IMG/VR virus record: IMGVR_UViG_3300007754_000004
Coordinates: 20,413-84,412 of that record
Strand: one strand, 5' to 3'
Length of the DNA stretch: 64,000 nucleotides
Source: a virus
In this document: positions 1 to 9,338 of the stretch, piece after piece
How the letters are laid out: the number at the start of each line of letters is the position of its first letter
Position numbering within the stretch: position 1 is the first letter of the stretch
Position numbers and translations under genes: made by a program
The notes under the pieces: generated by a model
What the model was told of the DNA's origin: nothing
The model's input: the letters and a program-made list of their open reading frames with translations, nothing else
Database searches by the model: none

Positions 1-415
1 CTTTCCTCTTTGTTTTCACGAGGTTATCGACCAAGGAGCTAATCCTCGGCCGGAGGCTCTGGACTGACCACGCCCCGAGAGCGTCCGCGGCGTTGAAGAG
101 ATTGTCCTCTGATCCCTCAGGGGGGACATGCACCTGCCCCCAGGTGGCGGAACCTCCGGCTTGCCACACCGAGAGGAGCACACGAAGTCCTGGAGAATAA
201 TGACCTGACGACTGGAGAGACCGCTTCCCCGCAGGGCTCGCGAGGCTGTACCGGAAGTACCCCCTGTCCAGGTTGTGTACCACGGCGATCCGATCGATCT
301 GCTGCTCGATCTCAGGCACCAGTCGAGGAAGCCCCGCGAGAACCGCCTCCCCGAGCCCGATCAGGATTCGATTGCGGGGCGTCCTGGCCTCGCGAATGGT
401 CTCCAAGAAATTCAT
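1..415 (-). CDS. hypothetical protein (partial, runs off the window edge)
   Basis: ATG at 415 immediately after the stop of 417..1196; translates MNFLETIREARTPRNRIL...VDNLVKTKRK; no stop seen before the edge. Confidence 0.6.
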   Translation of the reverse strand, partial: MNFLETIREARTPRNRILIGLGEAVLAGLPRLVPEIEQQIDRIAVVHNLDRGYFRYSLASPAGKRSLQSSGHYSPGLRVLLSVWQAGGSATWGQVHVPPEGSEDNLFNAADALGAWSVQSLRPRISSLVDNLVKTKRK

Positions 416-416
416 T

Positions 417-1196
417 TCAGCCTCCAATTTCCACGATAAGCCTTCCGGGCCCTTCAATCGCCAGGGAAGCTCCTTGAGCTGTTTGAACCGCGGCGACTCC
501 ACCCGTGGCGATGGTCCTCACGACGCCGGGAGCCACCACGTATCCCCAGCGACGCGATGCCTTCCCGGAGACGCTCTCGGGGATCTCACCGAGGGCAACC
601 GCAGCCTTCGTGAGCGGCTGCCCCTGGAGCCCCAGGGAACGCAAAGCTGAACTGGTCCGCGGGCCGATGATCCCATCCACGGGACCGCAAGGAGCCCCGA
701 GTCGATGGAGCTGGGCTTGGACAAATCGCTCCGTCGTCTTGCCCCCACCCCAGGTCCCCACATCCACCTGTGCCGCCGCACATACGGACTTCCAGGCGAC
801 TTCCCCTCTCCCCTCGCCCAGGAGAGAATCATACAACCTCTGCCAGGGTCCGAAAAAGTGAAACACGCCCTGCGTAGGGCTCGGGAGGGGGTATCGATCG
901 AAGGGCGTAAACCCCAGGGGGATGACCAACCCCCAGAGAGCCTCCAGGGACTCCTGAGACGCTCTACCGGCTACCTCCAGGGTCAGGGTCACCTCCCGCC
1001 CTGAACGCCGAAGAGAGAGGCTCTCAGGCAGCCCTGTGAGACCCGCATCCGTCTTGACCTGGGTTCTCCGAACCCCTGTCGCTGTCAGGGCTCCGAAGCC
1101 TCTCTCAGCAGCTCGCCTGTTGGCCTGACGCAGTCCTTCCACGAGGTCCGGCGTAAACACCGAGGAGCGAGTGCTGATCAGGGAGGTTCGGAACAT
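417..1196 (-). CDS. peptidoglycan-binding domain protein (endolysin-like, possibly a degenerate M15-type peptidase)
   Basis: VQAQLHRLGAPCGPVDGIIGPRTSSAL is a typical PG_binding_1 motif; adjacent to a holin-like gene; class B motif upstream. Confidence 0.65.
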   Translation of the reverse strand: MFRTSLISTRSSVFTPDLVEGLRQANRRAAERGFGALTATGVRRTQVKTDAGLTGLPESLSLRRSGREVTLTLEVAGRASQESLEALWGLVIPLGFTPFDRYPLPSPTQGVFHFFGPWQRLYDSLLGEGRGEVAWKSVCAAAQVDVGTWGGGKTTERFVQAQLHRLGAPCGPVDGIIGPRTSSALRSLGLQGQPLTKAAVALGEIPESVSGKASRRWGYVVAPGVVRTIATGGVAAVQTAQGASLAIEGPGRLIVEIGG

Positions 1197-1222
1197 CCAG
1201 GGGTCTCCTATCCCGAGAGGGG

Positions 1223-1237
1223 CATAGGAGGTATACC
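1223..1237 (-). promoter_or_regulatory. putative late promoter, class B (TA-N7-TAT)
   Basis: GGTATACCTCCTATG on the minus strand, ~27 nt before the ATG at 1196. Confidence 0.55.
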
Positions 1238-1238
1238 G

Positions 1239-1712
1239 CTAGGGCCCCTTGGGCTGGAGAGCCCCGATATGCTTGAAGAGAGCTTCCCACCCCCCGATCG
1301 CCGCGAGTCCCGCGGTCAATCCCTGCATCAGGGCAGCGTCAACCGCGGCGTTTGCTGAGAGGGCCGCCCCCGTGGTTCCGAGTACGGCGAGGCTCAAAGT
1401 CACCCACGGCACCGCTTTCTTAGGGACCTTGTTCTTCAAGGCGTACTTTCGAGCCAGAGCTACCAGGATGCTGAGGAGCAGGCCGACCACCACCGGCCAG
1501 GACTTGCTATCCAGGGCTCCCACAAGAAGCCCGACTTCGTCTGCGACCTCCTGAAGGGCTTCAGCTCCCTCGACAATCGCCTCTTCAATCTCCTCCGGAT
1601 TCGGAGCGTCTCCCACCCGCTCCACGGGTGCCGGCTCAGACGGAGGGCTATCCTGTCCATAAGCGACAGGGGAGGCCAAAGAGACCATCAGGAAGAAGTA
1701 GAGAAATCGCAT
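1239..1712 (-). CDS. holin-like membrane protein
   Basis: N-terminal hydrophobic/signal segment plus about three TM segments (WPVVVGLLLSILVALA; VPWVTLSLAVLGTTGAAL; GLTAGLAAIGGWEAL); ATG at 1712 with GAGG SD (the ORF track starts at 1724). Confidence 0.55.
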   Translation of the reverse strand: MRFLYFFLMVSLASPVAYGQDSPPSEPAPVERVGDAPNPEEIEEAIVEGAEALQEVADEVGLLVGALDSKSWPVVVGLLLSILVALARKYALKNKVPKKAVPWVTLSLAVLGTTGAALSANAAVDAALMQGLTAGLAAIGGWEALFKHIGALQPKGP

Positions 1713-1720
1713 GGTCGTCC

Positions 1721-2086
1721 TCAACGATGAGCGAGGATGGTTTCGACAATCCTCGCTTTTGTCATGTCCGGGGTTACGAGAGCACCCTCTCCCCGAGCCA
1801 CCGTCAGGAGATCGGATTTAGGGAGACGTTGAAGAGCCGATCGACTCAACAGGATGGGGCTCGGTTCACCGGTCCCGGGGTCGATAGCCCCTGGAGGCGG
1901 GGGGCTGTCCGCCCGGTAGGTCTTAGGCTTACCCAACTCCAACAGCCGTCGCTTCACGTTCTGCCTCTGGTCCTCAGAAAGTCCCGGGTTCAACAAAGCA
2001 GACCTGAGCTGAGACCGGTACCTCGCGAGGTGTTGTTCCCGCAGCTCAAAGGGAACGTCCATCTGACTCAAGAAGTGAGGCATCAA
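1721..2086 (-). CDS. hypothetical protein with C-terminal Rho-N/HeH-like motif
   Basis: LQRLPKSDLLTVARGEGALVTPDMTKARIVETIL; ATGA-coupled to the upstream virion gene. Confidence 0.6.
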   Translation of the reverse strand: MMPHFLSQMDVPFELREQHLARYRSQLRSALLNPGLSEDQRQNVKRRLLELGKPKTYRADSPPPPGAIDPGTGEPSPILLSRSALQRLPKSDLLTVARGEGALVTPDMTKARIVETILAHR

Positions 2087-5000
2087 CCCACCGTGCTAGA
2101 GACGTCGCCGCCAGAGTAGACAGCCAACACAACGCCGGCCACATCGGGCGAACTCCGACGACGACCCTTGACCATCGGCCGCCCCTCAAGCCGATACCTG
2201 TCCGCGGCGGCGTAGCCTTCGCCATATCCGCTCGGGGAGATGATCCCACTCAAGGAGAGACCATCATCCTGAATGCTGCTCCCCAGGAGCCCGTAGGTCG
2301 CGACGACCATCTGAACCTCGTCTCCCTGGCTCACCTGAGCGTTGGTGGAAAACGCCTGCTCGGGGAAGTTCCGGACCAGCATTGCCTTGCAGACCAGGAC
2401 GCCACCCTTGAGGACCGGCTTGAGGCTGGCCTCAAGGGCTCCGCTTACCCAATCCACGGGACCACCCGGGTTGGGGTCGTCCATGACGAACACGGAGCCC
2501 CCGCCGCGATAGAGGCGGTACTTCTTGCTGCCCGTCGGCTCGTTCACGTCGTGGTACGCCGTGTAGGCCAGGATCCCACCGTCCGCCATCCCGACCCAAT
2601 GACCCGCCCCACCCGTGAAACGGGTGTAGGCCCCGCTCCCGCTGTTTGTCAACGGAAGGAGAGTCTGTACCGGCCGAATCCCAGGCGGGAGCGTCTGCAT
2701 CGCAGATGCTTTGTTGCCCAGGGGATCCTCGCAAAGGAAGTCGCTGTCCTGAAGGAGAATCCCAAGCGGGAGTCGCTCCGTCATTCCCGTCAAGTCAATC
2801 TGAGAGGTGCCCGACCCGGCGTTCATCACCAGATCAGACCCATCCCGGAGATTCGCCGCCGTCGGGGTGCCCACTCCGGGCTCCGGCGTCGTCGGAGTCA
2901 GAAGCTTGAACGCCGCCGGAGTGTCGTGAGACACCTTGATCCCATTCCCCTGAGCACCTACAGGGACCGCCTCGATCAACAGGACGTCGTCACCCTCCGT
3001 CCGCGCCGTCACCACCGCCGTCAAAGACGTGTGGGCGTTGATCCCAGCGACCAGATTCACGATCGAAGCCGCAGCGTCAGCTCCGACCTGAAACTCAGTT
3101 TGGTCCGCAGGGGACCCCGAAACTGCCGTGAGGGTAATCTTTGTCCCGCTCAAGTTGTAGATGGTCAGAATAGCCCCGGTCAGGGAGCCGTTAGCAATGA
3201 CCTGAAGGAGAACGGAAGCCCTTGAGTTGTTTTCCCGCTGGCCCTCACTGAACGCCCTGGGGAGAATCCTCCAGGGGTTCGCGGAGGCTGAAGCCGGCAC
3301 CCGAGAGGCTGCCGCTGCGGTGTCCTCCGTGTATCCGACGTCGAGGATCGTCCCGGCCTTGAGCTGGCCTCCGACCTTCCCTGTTCCGAGGGTCGTGTAG
3401 AAGTCGATGCTGGCGAGCACCTGAACTACTCGCCGGTTGGGGGTCTCGATTTGAAGAACCCCGGAGCTGTCGAATTGCTGAATCGGAGTCGCCAGAGCGT
3501 AGGCATCTGAGACAGCGATCTGCCCATAGCGATGCTGGTAGTCGCTGGTAGTGCGGGTACTCCCCGCTCGCGTCATGTAGGGGTCCCCCTGATAGACCGT
3601 CCGGTCGTATCCGACATACACCTGATCGTTAAGGGGTGCCGCAGCGGGGATCGTCATGTTGATCCCTTCCAGCTCCACGTTGGTCCCTTCGGTGACCGCA
3701 GCACCGGCCCCCGTGTTCCTCCGAGCGAGGACGAAGTTGTTCAGGTTGATGAATCCCCGGGCGAAACCGAAGACCACGCACTCAACCACATACTCCAGGT
3801 CGTCGAAGGTCTCGCCGGAGACATAATCCGGGCTCAGGCTGATATCGAGGGCGTTGGACGGAATCACGTAGGTGTGATCGTCCGCGTCGCCGGTCACGTC
3901 GTTCGCCCCACCCTTCCGAATGAACAGGGTTTGAGCCTTGGCGTCCTTCCTCAAGAGGTTGGTCGCCGCGTCTGAAGACACCGTGACCCGGTCGGCGTCG
4001 AAAGTCGCCCCACCCTTATCGATGAAGTTCCGACGATCATAGACGCCGTAGAGGCGAGCAATACCCAGATAGGGAGGCAGCTCGATCCCCTTCAGAGTCC
4101 GTCCGAGATCTGAAGAGACTACCGTGGTGTCCGTGACCAGCCGGGCCTGATACGCCGGGGTCGCGGGACCGGCGATGGTTCCATACTCCCCGTAATCCAG
4201 ACCCGAAGTGCTCCCGGTCTGGAGGTAGAGAGAGGACACCAGATTCCCAGCGGAGTCGTTGTTCTGCCCGCCCACGACATAGAAGACCGGCTTGGTCTCG
4301 TCAGCGTCATCGGTAAAGAGGTGGTTGATCCCAGGGAGAAAGGTCCCCGTGGTCACCGAGGTGTCATGGTAGGGAATGTCCTGGCGACCAAACCGGGGCA
4401 TGTACTCCCAGGGGACCACGAATCCCATCCTCAGGTTTGAGGTAAAGATCGTCGCCCCATCCTTGTCTGTCCCGATGGTCGGGGCCGGGCCCGGATAAGT
4501 GGTCGCGCCGACTAGGCTGGAAGCCGCCATGTTCACGGAGAACATGGTCATGCTCCGGTCCAAGAAAGGCCGGAAGACAAGAGACTTGCTCCCCTTATCG
4601 AAGAAGACCTCAACCTCTCGATCCTGCTCCGAGAACGCGATGATCTCGCCCCCGTGGGCCGGGGCAGCGGAGCCATCCAGCCCCAGGCCACTCAAACGAT
4701 TCCAGACCTGGACATGAGCCGAGTCGAAGTGCGTCTCTGCGGACGCGACCCCGGACTCAGAGGAGAACGTGGAGTCCAGCGTAGACCCCGCCTGCCGGAG
4801 ATAGTTCGCCCCAGCACTCCTCACGGCGACGCGGCGGATTTCGTCCGCGACTCTCGCTGTACCGCCACGACCAGGGTGATACAGCAGAGAGGTGGAGAGG
4901 ATCGCCTTGCTGGCGATCGGCTGGCTGATCGCGTTGGCCCCGAGCGTCCCCGCTGCCCAGGGAGCGGATCCCGCTCCCTCCAGGTCCGTCAGGACAACAC

Positions 5001-7434
5001 AAGCTGCCGCCTTCCCGTCCGTGAACCCGGTCCCGTCCTGAGAGTTGCAGTGCTGTGACCGCACCTCAGCGTTCAGAGTCCCCGAGCTGGGCAACGTAAA
5101 CTCAGTCACGCCCTGACAGATAAATTCCACCCGGAGACGATCCGCAGCGGAGGCATCCTTGTCGGTGTACCCAGCCGTCCCCGCTCCGACGACCTTGAAA
5201 ACTCCGTTGTTGTCCGCGTTGGTGTCGTCCCCATACACCACGATGTAGACTTCAGAGCTAGCCCCTGTCCGATCCTGACCTCCGTTGGTCAGCATGTCAT
5301 ACAGCGTGCGGGTGCTGTTGATCAGAGTCTTCGATGACCCCGTCGTAGACAGGCTCATGTCTCCGTTGGTCTCCAACGAGAACCACGTACCTGCGGTGTC
5401 GAAGTCTAGACCCGGGAGATCGATCTCGTACTCACTGGACGAAGGGCTGTCGTTGACCAGGGTGACCGCGGAGACCTGGAGGTCGTTGTGCAGCAACCCG
5501 CCCAGGAACATGAAAGGCTTCTCAAAGTTCTCTGAAGCCAGAGGGTACATAGGCCCCGGATGCAGAGCGGCGACCTCACCCGGGGCGGCCGGGTTCATCG
5601 CGTCCTCTTCAATGAACCGGAGAGTCACGGACTTCTGGAGCCCCGTGGAGCTGTCCGGGTCATCGGTCTTCCAGTATTCCCGGGGGGACAGGAACCGGAC
5701 GGCTCGCTCTGTGGTGTCCCGGAAGGTGGCCCTTGCTCCCTCGGAGCCGTTGTCCCCGCCGATGTGGAGGAAGAATACGGAGCCGTTGTTGAACCCCGTC
5801 GCGTCCGTCATGAAGCCGCTGGGCTTGAAGTCCGCCCCTACATCCCACTCTGTCACTGCATCAAAGCTCGTGACGCTCCCGCTGGTCTGCGTTGCCTCGT
5901 CATCTAGGAGGACCGTCACCCCAGGCTGAATGACCGCGGCGTCAGACCAAATGGTCCGGATCCCGTCAGGACCATCCACCGCTTGCGTCTGGTTGGGTAC
6001 GGAAGCAGCCCCGTTGGCGTAGAGGTAGTCTACCTCCACCACCGAAGGCCCCTGCGTGTCTCCCGTGTCCGACTGCTTGTGGCACGTCTGGAGGCGACCA
6101 AGGATCAGCTTCGTCAGGTTGTGGCGGAGCAGGTGGTCGTAATCCCACTGGCCCAGGGAGATCCCCCGGCGAAGGTCCAGCACATCCCCCGCTGCGATCT
6201 CATCCGCAAAGCGACCATCCGGCCGGCTGTTGAAGAAGCCGATGGAGGCACCCGCCGAATGAGGGAGAGCCATCGAGCCATTGCGACCCCGGCCGCCCGT
6301 CGGGATTGTGATCGTCCCGGCGGTCGTGTCCACCGCCGAGATCCCCATGACCTCCCCATCGATCACCATGAAGGTGCTCGAAACCGAGAGGCTCGGGTCA
6401 TCCCAGCCAGAGTTGGTCAGCCCCGTGACCTGGATAGCTCCCGTGTCATCCTCATCGATCGCGTTCGTCAGGGTCGCGGTTCCAAAAGCCTTCGCCCCAT
6501 CCCGGGGGTTCGTCAGGGACGCCGCGGAAGGGTTCCGATCAAAAGAGCCGTTCTGGTTCGCGTTACCTGAAGTCTCCACCGCTACGAAGGCGTTCGCGTT
6601 CCTCCGGAAGACCGCACATAGGGGGATCGCGTACACGTAGCCGTCATAGGTCCCCAGGCTGTTGGTCGCGTCTCCATCACCCGCCCGCCAAAGCGAAGGG
6701 TCGCCCAAAGTCTCCCGCATGTTCGTGAAGACCATGCCGCTAACCGGAGCCGTCGCCACCCCCTGCCCCAGCACGTTGGGGTCGTCCAGCCCGTCCGGAT
6801 ACTGGTCCAGCGCAACAGAGGAACCCGATCCCGCCCCCTGCCCAAATACCCGAATCCGATACTGAAGCTGGAGTCGCTCTGTCGTCTCAAACCCGAAAGC
6901 CGGGTCTTCAATATCGTCCGTGATGTTGGTCCCCCCATACTCCACGTTCCCCCACTTGTAGACGGTGGAAGCTGAAGGCTTGTTCGTGGTGCTCGGGTTA
7001 GGCCCCACCTGAGTCAGCCACACCTCCAGAAAGACCAGATCGGTTCTGGCATCCGTAGCCGGAGGGGGGAAGAGCTTGACGAGGTGGCTCGTGTCCGTGT
7101 CCGCAGACACAGCGGTTCCTACAACCGGAACCACCCAACCATTGACCAGAGCCCAGAGGATCGGCTCCAGCTCCCCAGACTGCTGCCGGCCGAACTTGAA
7201 GTAGTTGCTCCAGGCAGAGTTGAATTCGTAATCCGTCAGGGCAGACACCGGATCCAGCAAGAAGCCTGAGTGGGATTGACTCTGGAGAGCCTCCCGCATC
7301 CTCTCCCAGGCAATTTGAGCCATTAGATTTAGCTCATGATCTAACGGCGGTTTCCCAGCCTGCCATACTACTGAGGCGAACTGCCTGTCAAGAGCAGACA
7401 GGGTACGACTAGGTCCATTGAATCGCTCAGCCAT
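2083..7434 (-). CDS. large virion structural protein (1783 aa; baseplate/tail-fibre network), paralog of 33990..37280
   Basis: Long G/T/S/D-rich ORF; N-terminal FASVVWQAGKPPLDHELN resembles DUF6519/DUF4815-type virion N-termini; motif blocks shared with 33990..37280. Confidence 0.8.
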   Translation of the reverse strand: MAERFNGPSRTLSALDRQFASVVWQAGKPPLDHELNLMAQIAWERMREALQSQSHSGFLLDPVSALTDYEFNSAWSNYFKFGRQQSGELEPILWALVNGWVVPVVGTAVSADTDTSHLVKLFPPPATDARTDLVFLEVWLTQVGPNPSTTNKPSASTVYKWGNVEYGGTNITDDIEDPAFGFETTERLQLQYRIRVFGQGAGSGSSVALDQYPDGLDDPNVLGQGVATAPVSGMVFTNMRETLGDPSLWRAGDGDATNSLGTYDGYVYAIPLCAVFRRNANAFVAVETSGNANQNGSFDRNPSAASLTNPRDGAKAFGTATLTNAIDEDDTGAIQVTGLTNSGWDDPSLSVSSTFMVIDGEVMGISAVDTTAGTITIPTGGRGRNGSMALPHSAGASIGFFNSRPDGRFADEIAAGDVLDLRRGISLGQWDYDHLLRHNLTKLILGRLQTCHKQSDTGDTQGPSVVEVDYLYANGAASVPNQTQAVDGPDGIRTIWSDAAVIQPGVTVLLDDEATQTSGSVTSFDAVTEWDVGADFKPSGFMTDATGFNNGSVFFLHIGGDNGSEGARATFRDTTERAVRFLSPREYWKTDDPDSSTGLQKSVTLRFIEEDAMNPAAPGEVAALHPGPMYPLASENFEKPFMFLGGLLHNDLQVSAVTLVNDSPSSSEYEIDLPGLDFDTAGTWFSLETNGDMSLSTTGSSKTLINSTRTLYDMLTNGGQDRTGASSEVYIVVYGDDTNADNNGVFKVVGAGTAGYTDKDASAADRLRVEFICQGVTEFTLPSSGTLNAEVRSQHCNSQDGTGFTDGKAAACVVLTDLEGAGSAPWAAGTLGANAISQPIASKAILSTSLLYHPGRGGTARVADEIRRVAVRSAGANYLRQAGSTLDSTFSSESGVASAETHFDSAHVQVWNRLSGLGLDGSAAPAHGGEIIAFSEQDREVEVFFDKGSKSLVFRPFLDRSMTMFSVNMAASSLVGATTYPGPAPTIGTDKDGATIFTSNLRMGFVVPWEYMPRFGRQDIPYHDTSVTTGTFLPGINHLFTDDADETKPVFYVVGGQNNDSAGNLVSSLYLQTGSTSGLDYGEYGTIAGPATPAYQARLVTDTTVVSSDLGRTLKGIELPPYLGIARLYGVYDRRNFIDKGGATFDADRVTVSSDAATNLLRKDAKAQTLFIRKGGANDVTGDADDHTYVIPSNALDISLSPDYVSGETFDDLEYVVECVVFGFARGFINLNNFVLARRNTGAGAAVTEGTNVELEGINMTIPAAAPLNDQVYVGYDRTVYQGDPYMTRAGSTRTTSDYQHRYGQIAVSDAYALATPIQQFDSSGVLQIETPNRRVVQVLASIDFYTTLGTGKVGGQLKAGTILDVGYTEDTAAAASRVPASASANPWRILPRAFSEGQRENNSRASVLLQVIANGSLTGAILTIYNLSGTKITLTAVSGSPADQTEFQVGADAAASIVNLVAGINAHTSLTAVVTARTEGDDVLLIEAVPVGAQGNGIKVSHDTPAAFKLLTPTTPEPGVGTPTAANLRDGSDLVMNAGSGTSQIDLTGMTERLPLGILLQDSDFLCEDPLGNKASAMQTLPPGIRPVQTLLPLTNSGSGAYTRFTGGAGHWVGMADGGILAYTAYHDVNEPTGSKKYRLYRGGGSVFVMDDPNPGGPVDWVSGALEASLKPVLKGGVLVCKAMLVRNFPEQAFSTNAQVSQGDEVQMVVATYGLLGSSIQDDGLSLSGIISPSGYGEGYAAADRYRLEGRPMVKGRRRSSPDVAGVVLAVYSGGDVSSTVG

Positions 7435-8044
7435 AGGACACCTCAGAGTTTAGAGGGAACGACCTGGGGCCGCCGTTTCTCCCTTGCTTGGAAAAACTCG
7501 GAATCCCCATCCGTTTCCGATATATACAGACCATCGACTTGGAGACACCACCGATTTCGGCTACCGCTGCGTCGGTCATGGTCCCGGCTAATGGGTGCCA
7601 ATCTCGATGGGGTGGCTTCGATGTTTTGAGTCGGTAAGGCACGAAGTCTGCGGGTGCTTCTACCTGAGTCTTGAGCCCCTTCCCACGTCGCTTCCACACC
7701 ATGTCAATGTCTGCGGGGTCATTTCGGGAAGCCCCCTTACTCGTCTGCTGAGTCCGCTCTCGGTGGCAGTTGGCACAGACCACCTCACACTTGGCAGCCT
7801 CAGCACGGATGGCATCCTTCGATCCCATGTGAAGAACGCAGCCCAGCTTCCTACCCCGAACGTGGTCGAAATCGAGCTGACAGTAGTGCCACGCCAATCC
7901 GCTCCACTCCCGCTTTGCGGCCCGCTCGCACTCCCGACACTGGCGGTGACGAGGCCGGAAATCACCGGGTTCCCCACACTTTGAACACAACTGCCGCTGG
8001 AGGGCTGAGAGCGTCCAGGAAGCGTTCGGGGTTTTCTCTGCCAT
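7427..8044 (-). CDS. HNH endonuclease-like protein with C-terminal HTH (free-standing homing-endonuclease type, probably degenerate)
   Basis: CSKC...CREC zinc motif; LDFDHVRGRK...EAAKCEVVCANCHRERT HNH motif; C-terminal MTDAAVAEIGGVSKSMVCIYRKRMG HTH. Confidence 0.75.
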   Translation of the reverse strand: MAEKTPNASWTLSALQRQLCSKCGEPGDFRPRHRQCRECERAAKREWSGLAWHYCQLDFDHVRGRKLGCVLHMGSKDAIRAEAAKCEVVCANCHRERTQQTSKGASRNDPADIDMVWKRRGKGLKTQVEAPADFVPYRLKTSKPPHRDWHPLAGTMTDAAVAEIGGVSKSMVCIYRKRMGIPSFSKQGRNGGPRSFPLNSEVSYG

Positions 8045-8105
8045 CGATCGATCCTAGGCGTGGTTCAGTAGGCTGAGTCAGCCCTCAGACCCTACCCAGG
8101 CTCCC

Positions 8106-8121
8106 CTATAGCCTCCTTACC
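8106..8121 (-). promoter_or_regulatory. putative late promoter, class B
   Basis: GGTAAGGAGGCTATAG upstream of the HNH/virion operon. Confidence 0.55.
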
Positions 8122-8133
8122 ACGGATCACATC

Positions 8134-8730
8134 TCAGCCGGACTCGTAGGGCTCCACTTCATCGTGATCGTAGTATCCCTCGCCTCCCGCCTCATGCCGG
8201 ACCTTGTACATCAAACCGTGGGAATCACTGACCTCAACGACCTCTCCCACAACACCCCAACGACACCGCTCGCGGACACCCGGCGCCCACCCAGCTTCTT
8301 CGCTGGACGGTTCCAGCGTCCGAACTGAGGCCCCCACCGTCAGCCGATTCTTCCGGCCGATGATATATCGGACGTCCCGAAGGGGTTCCGCCATCCATCC
8401 GATCAGCCGCGTCCCTCCGCAGAGAATCCCGGCTTCAGACAGGGCCCCCATCATCTCCCGACGCCCCAAGTCGTGATTGGTGTTGACCAGGACCGGGATG
8501 GTGAACCCGTGCTTTACCAATCGCTCGCAAAGCCACTCCCCGTTACCCGGGCCCATGCTGTAGTCGAGGATGATCACGTCAAAGCAGGGATCCTGACCCA
8601 TGAGGAGATAGTCCAGAGCTTCCTGCCCATTCTGCTTCCAGACGAGGTCACAGGCATGACCCAGCTTCTTCTGAGCGGCTTCCCACTCCGTGCTCATGTC
8701 GTCCACGACCAGGACTCGAAACTTCGTCAT
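8134..8730 (-). CDS. atypical response-regulator receiver domain protein with C-terminal SH3-like domain
   Basis: VLVVDD...NGQEALDYL...FDVIILDYSMGPGNG...IPVLVNT; conserved beta5 Lys not evident; C-terminal GVVGEVVEVSDSHGLMYKVRH beta-barrel-like. Confidence 0.7.
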   Translation of the reverse strand: MTKFRVLVVDDMSTEWEAAQKKLGHACDLVWKQNGQEALDYLLMGQDPCFDVIILDYSMGPGNGEWLCERLVKHGFTIPVLVNTNHDLGRREMMGALSEAGILCGGTRLIGWMAEPLRDVRYIIGRKNRLTVGASVRTLEPSSEEAGWAPGVRERCRWGVVGEVVEVSDSHGLMYKVRHEAGGEGYYDHDEVEPYESG

Positions 8731-9338
8731 CAGGGGCTCCCCATCGGAGGGTCGGGAAGCCCGAGGGCTTCTCGCAGGTTGGTCAGGGCTTGCCTGACTA
8801 GGAAGTGGTCATCCCGCCGAATATCAGGCATCCCATCCAAGACCACACGGGTGGGGCTCCCGTAGGGAAGCGAGACGATCTCGAAATCCAAGGCGTGCCC
8901 CTCATCCCGGCGATCTCGGTACCGGAAATATCGATCAGGGACTTCCGACAGGTCCGCCTCGCGAGCCTTCTTGTACCAATCCGCAAACACGACAGGGATC
9001 ACCCTGGCCTGAAACCAGGAGCCTTCAGCCGGGAAGTTCTGCGTCCACCGGAACACCCGGAGATTTTGAACGGAGGGGATTACCAGAACAAAGCCATCCG
9101 GGAAATCCGAGGTACAAGAGTCGAACACCGTGGTCGCCCGAGCTACCCGCAAGGTACCGCTCCCCCAGGCTACCAACCCCTGTCTGTCCATCAGGTCATA
9201 GAGAGCCGAGACCGTCTGACCCAGAAGGAGATCCCGGCGACAGCAACTCTCATAGAGAGCCGACACCAGCTCTTCGTTGTCACACCAGGGGTGATCGTGG
9301 AGGTAGAACCTCACGACTGCCCCGAAGAGTTGGACCAC
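8730..9338 (-). CDS. hypothetical protein
   Basis: 202-aa ORF in a tightly coupled operon (TGATG overlap with 8134..8730). Confidence 0.6.
   Translation of the reverse strand: MVQLFGAVVRFYLHDHPWCDNEELVSALYESCCRRDLLLGQTVSALYDLMDRQGLVAWGSGTLRVARATTVFDSCTSDFPDGFVLVIPSVQNLRVFRWTQNFPAEGSWFQARVIPVVFADWYKKAREADLSEVPDRYFRYRDRRDEGHALDFEIVSLPYGSPTRVVLDGMPDIRRDDHFLVRQALTNLREALGLPDPPMGSP

Noticed and set aside
7427-8044. Group I intron or intein carrying the HNH
   Set aside because: The downstream gene has its own SD, ATG and a complete duplicated N-terminus; there is no room for a ribozyme core and no intein motifs.
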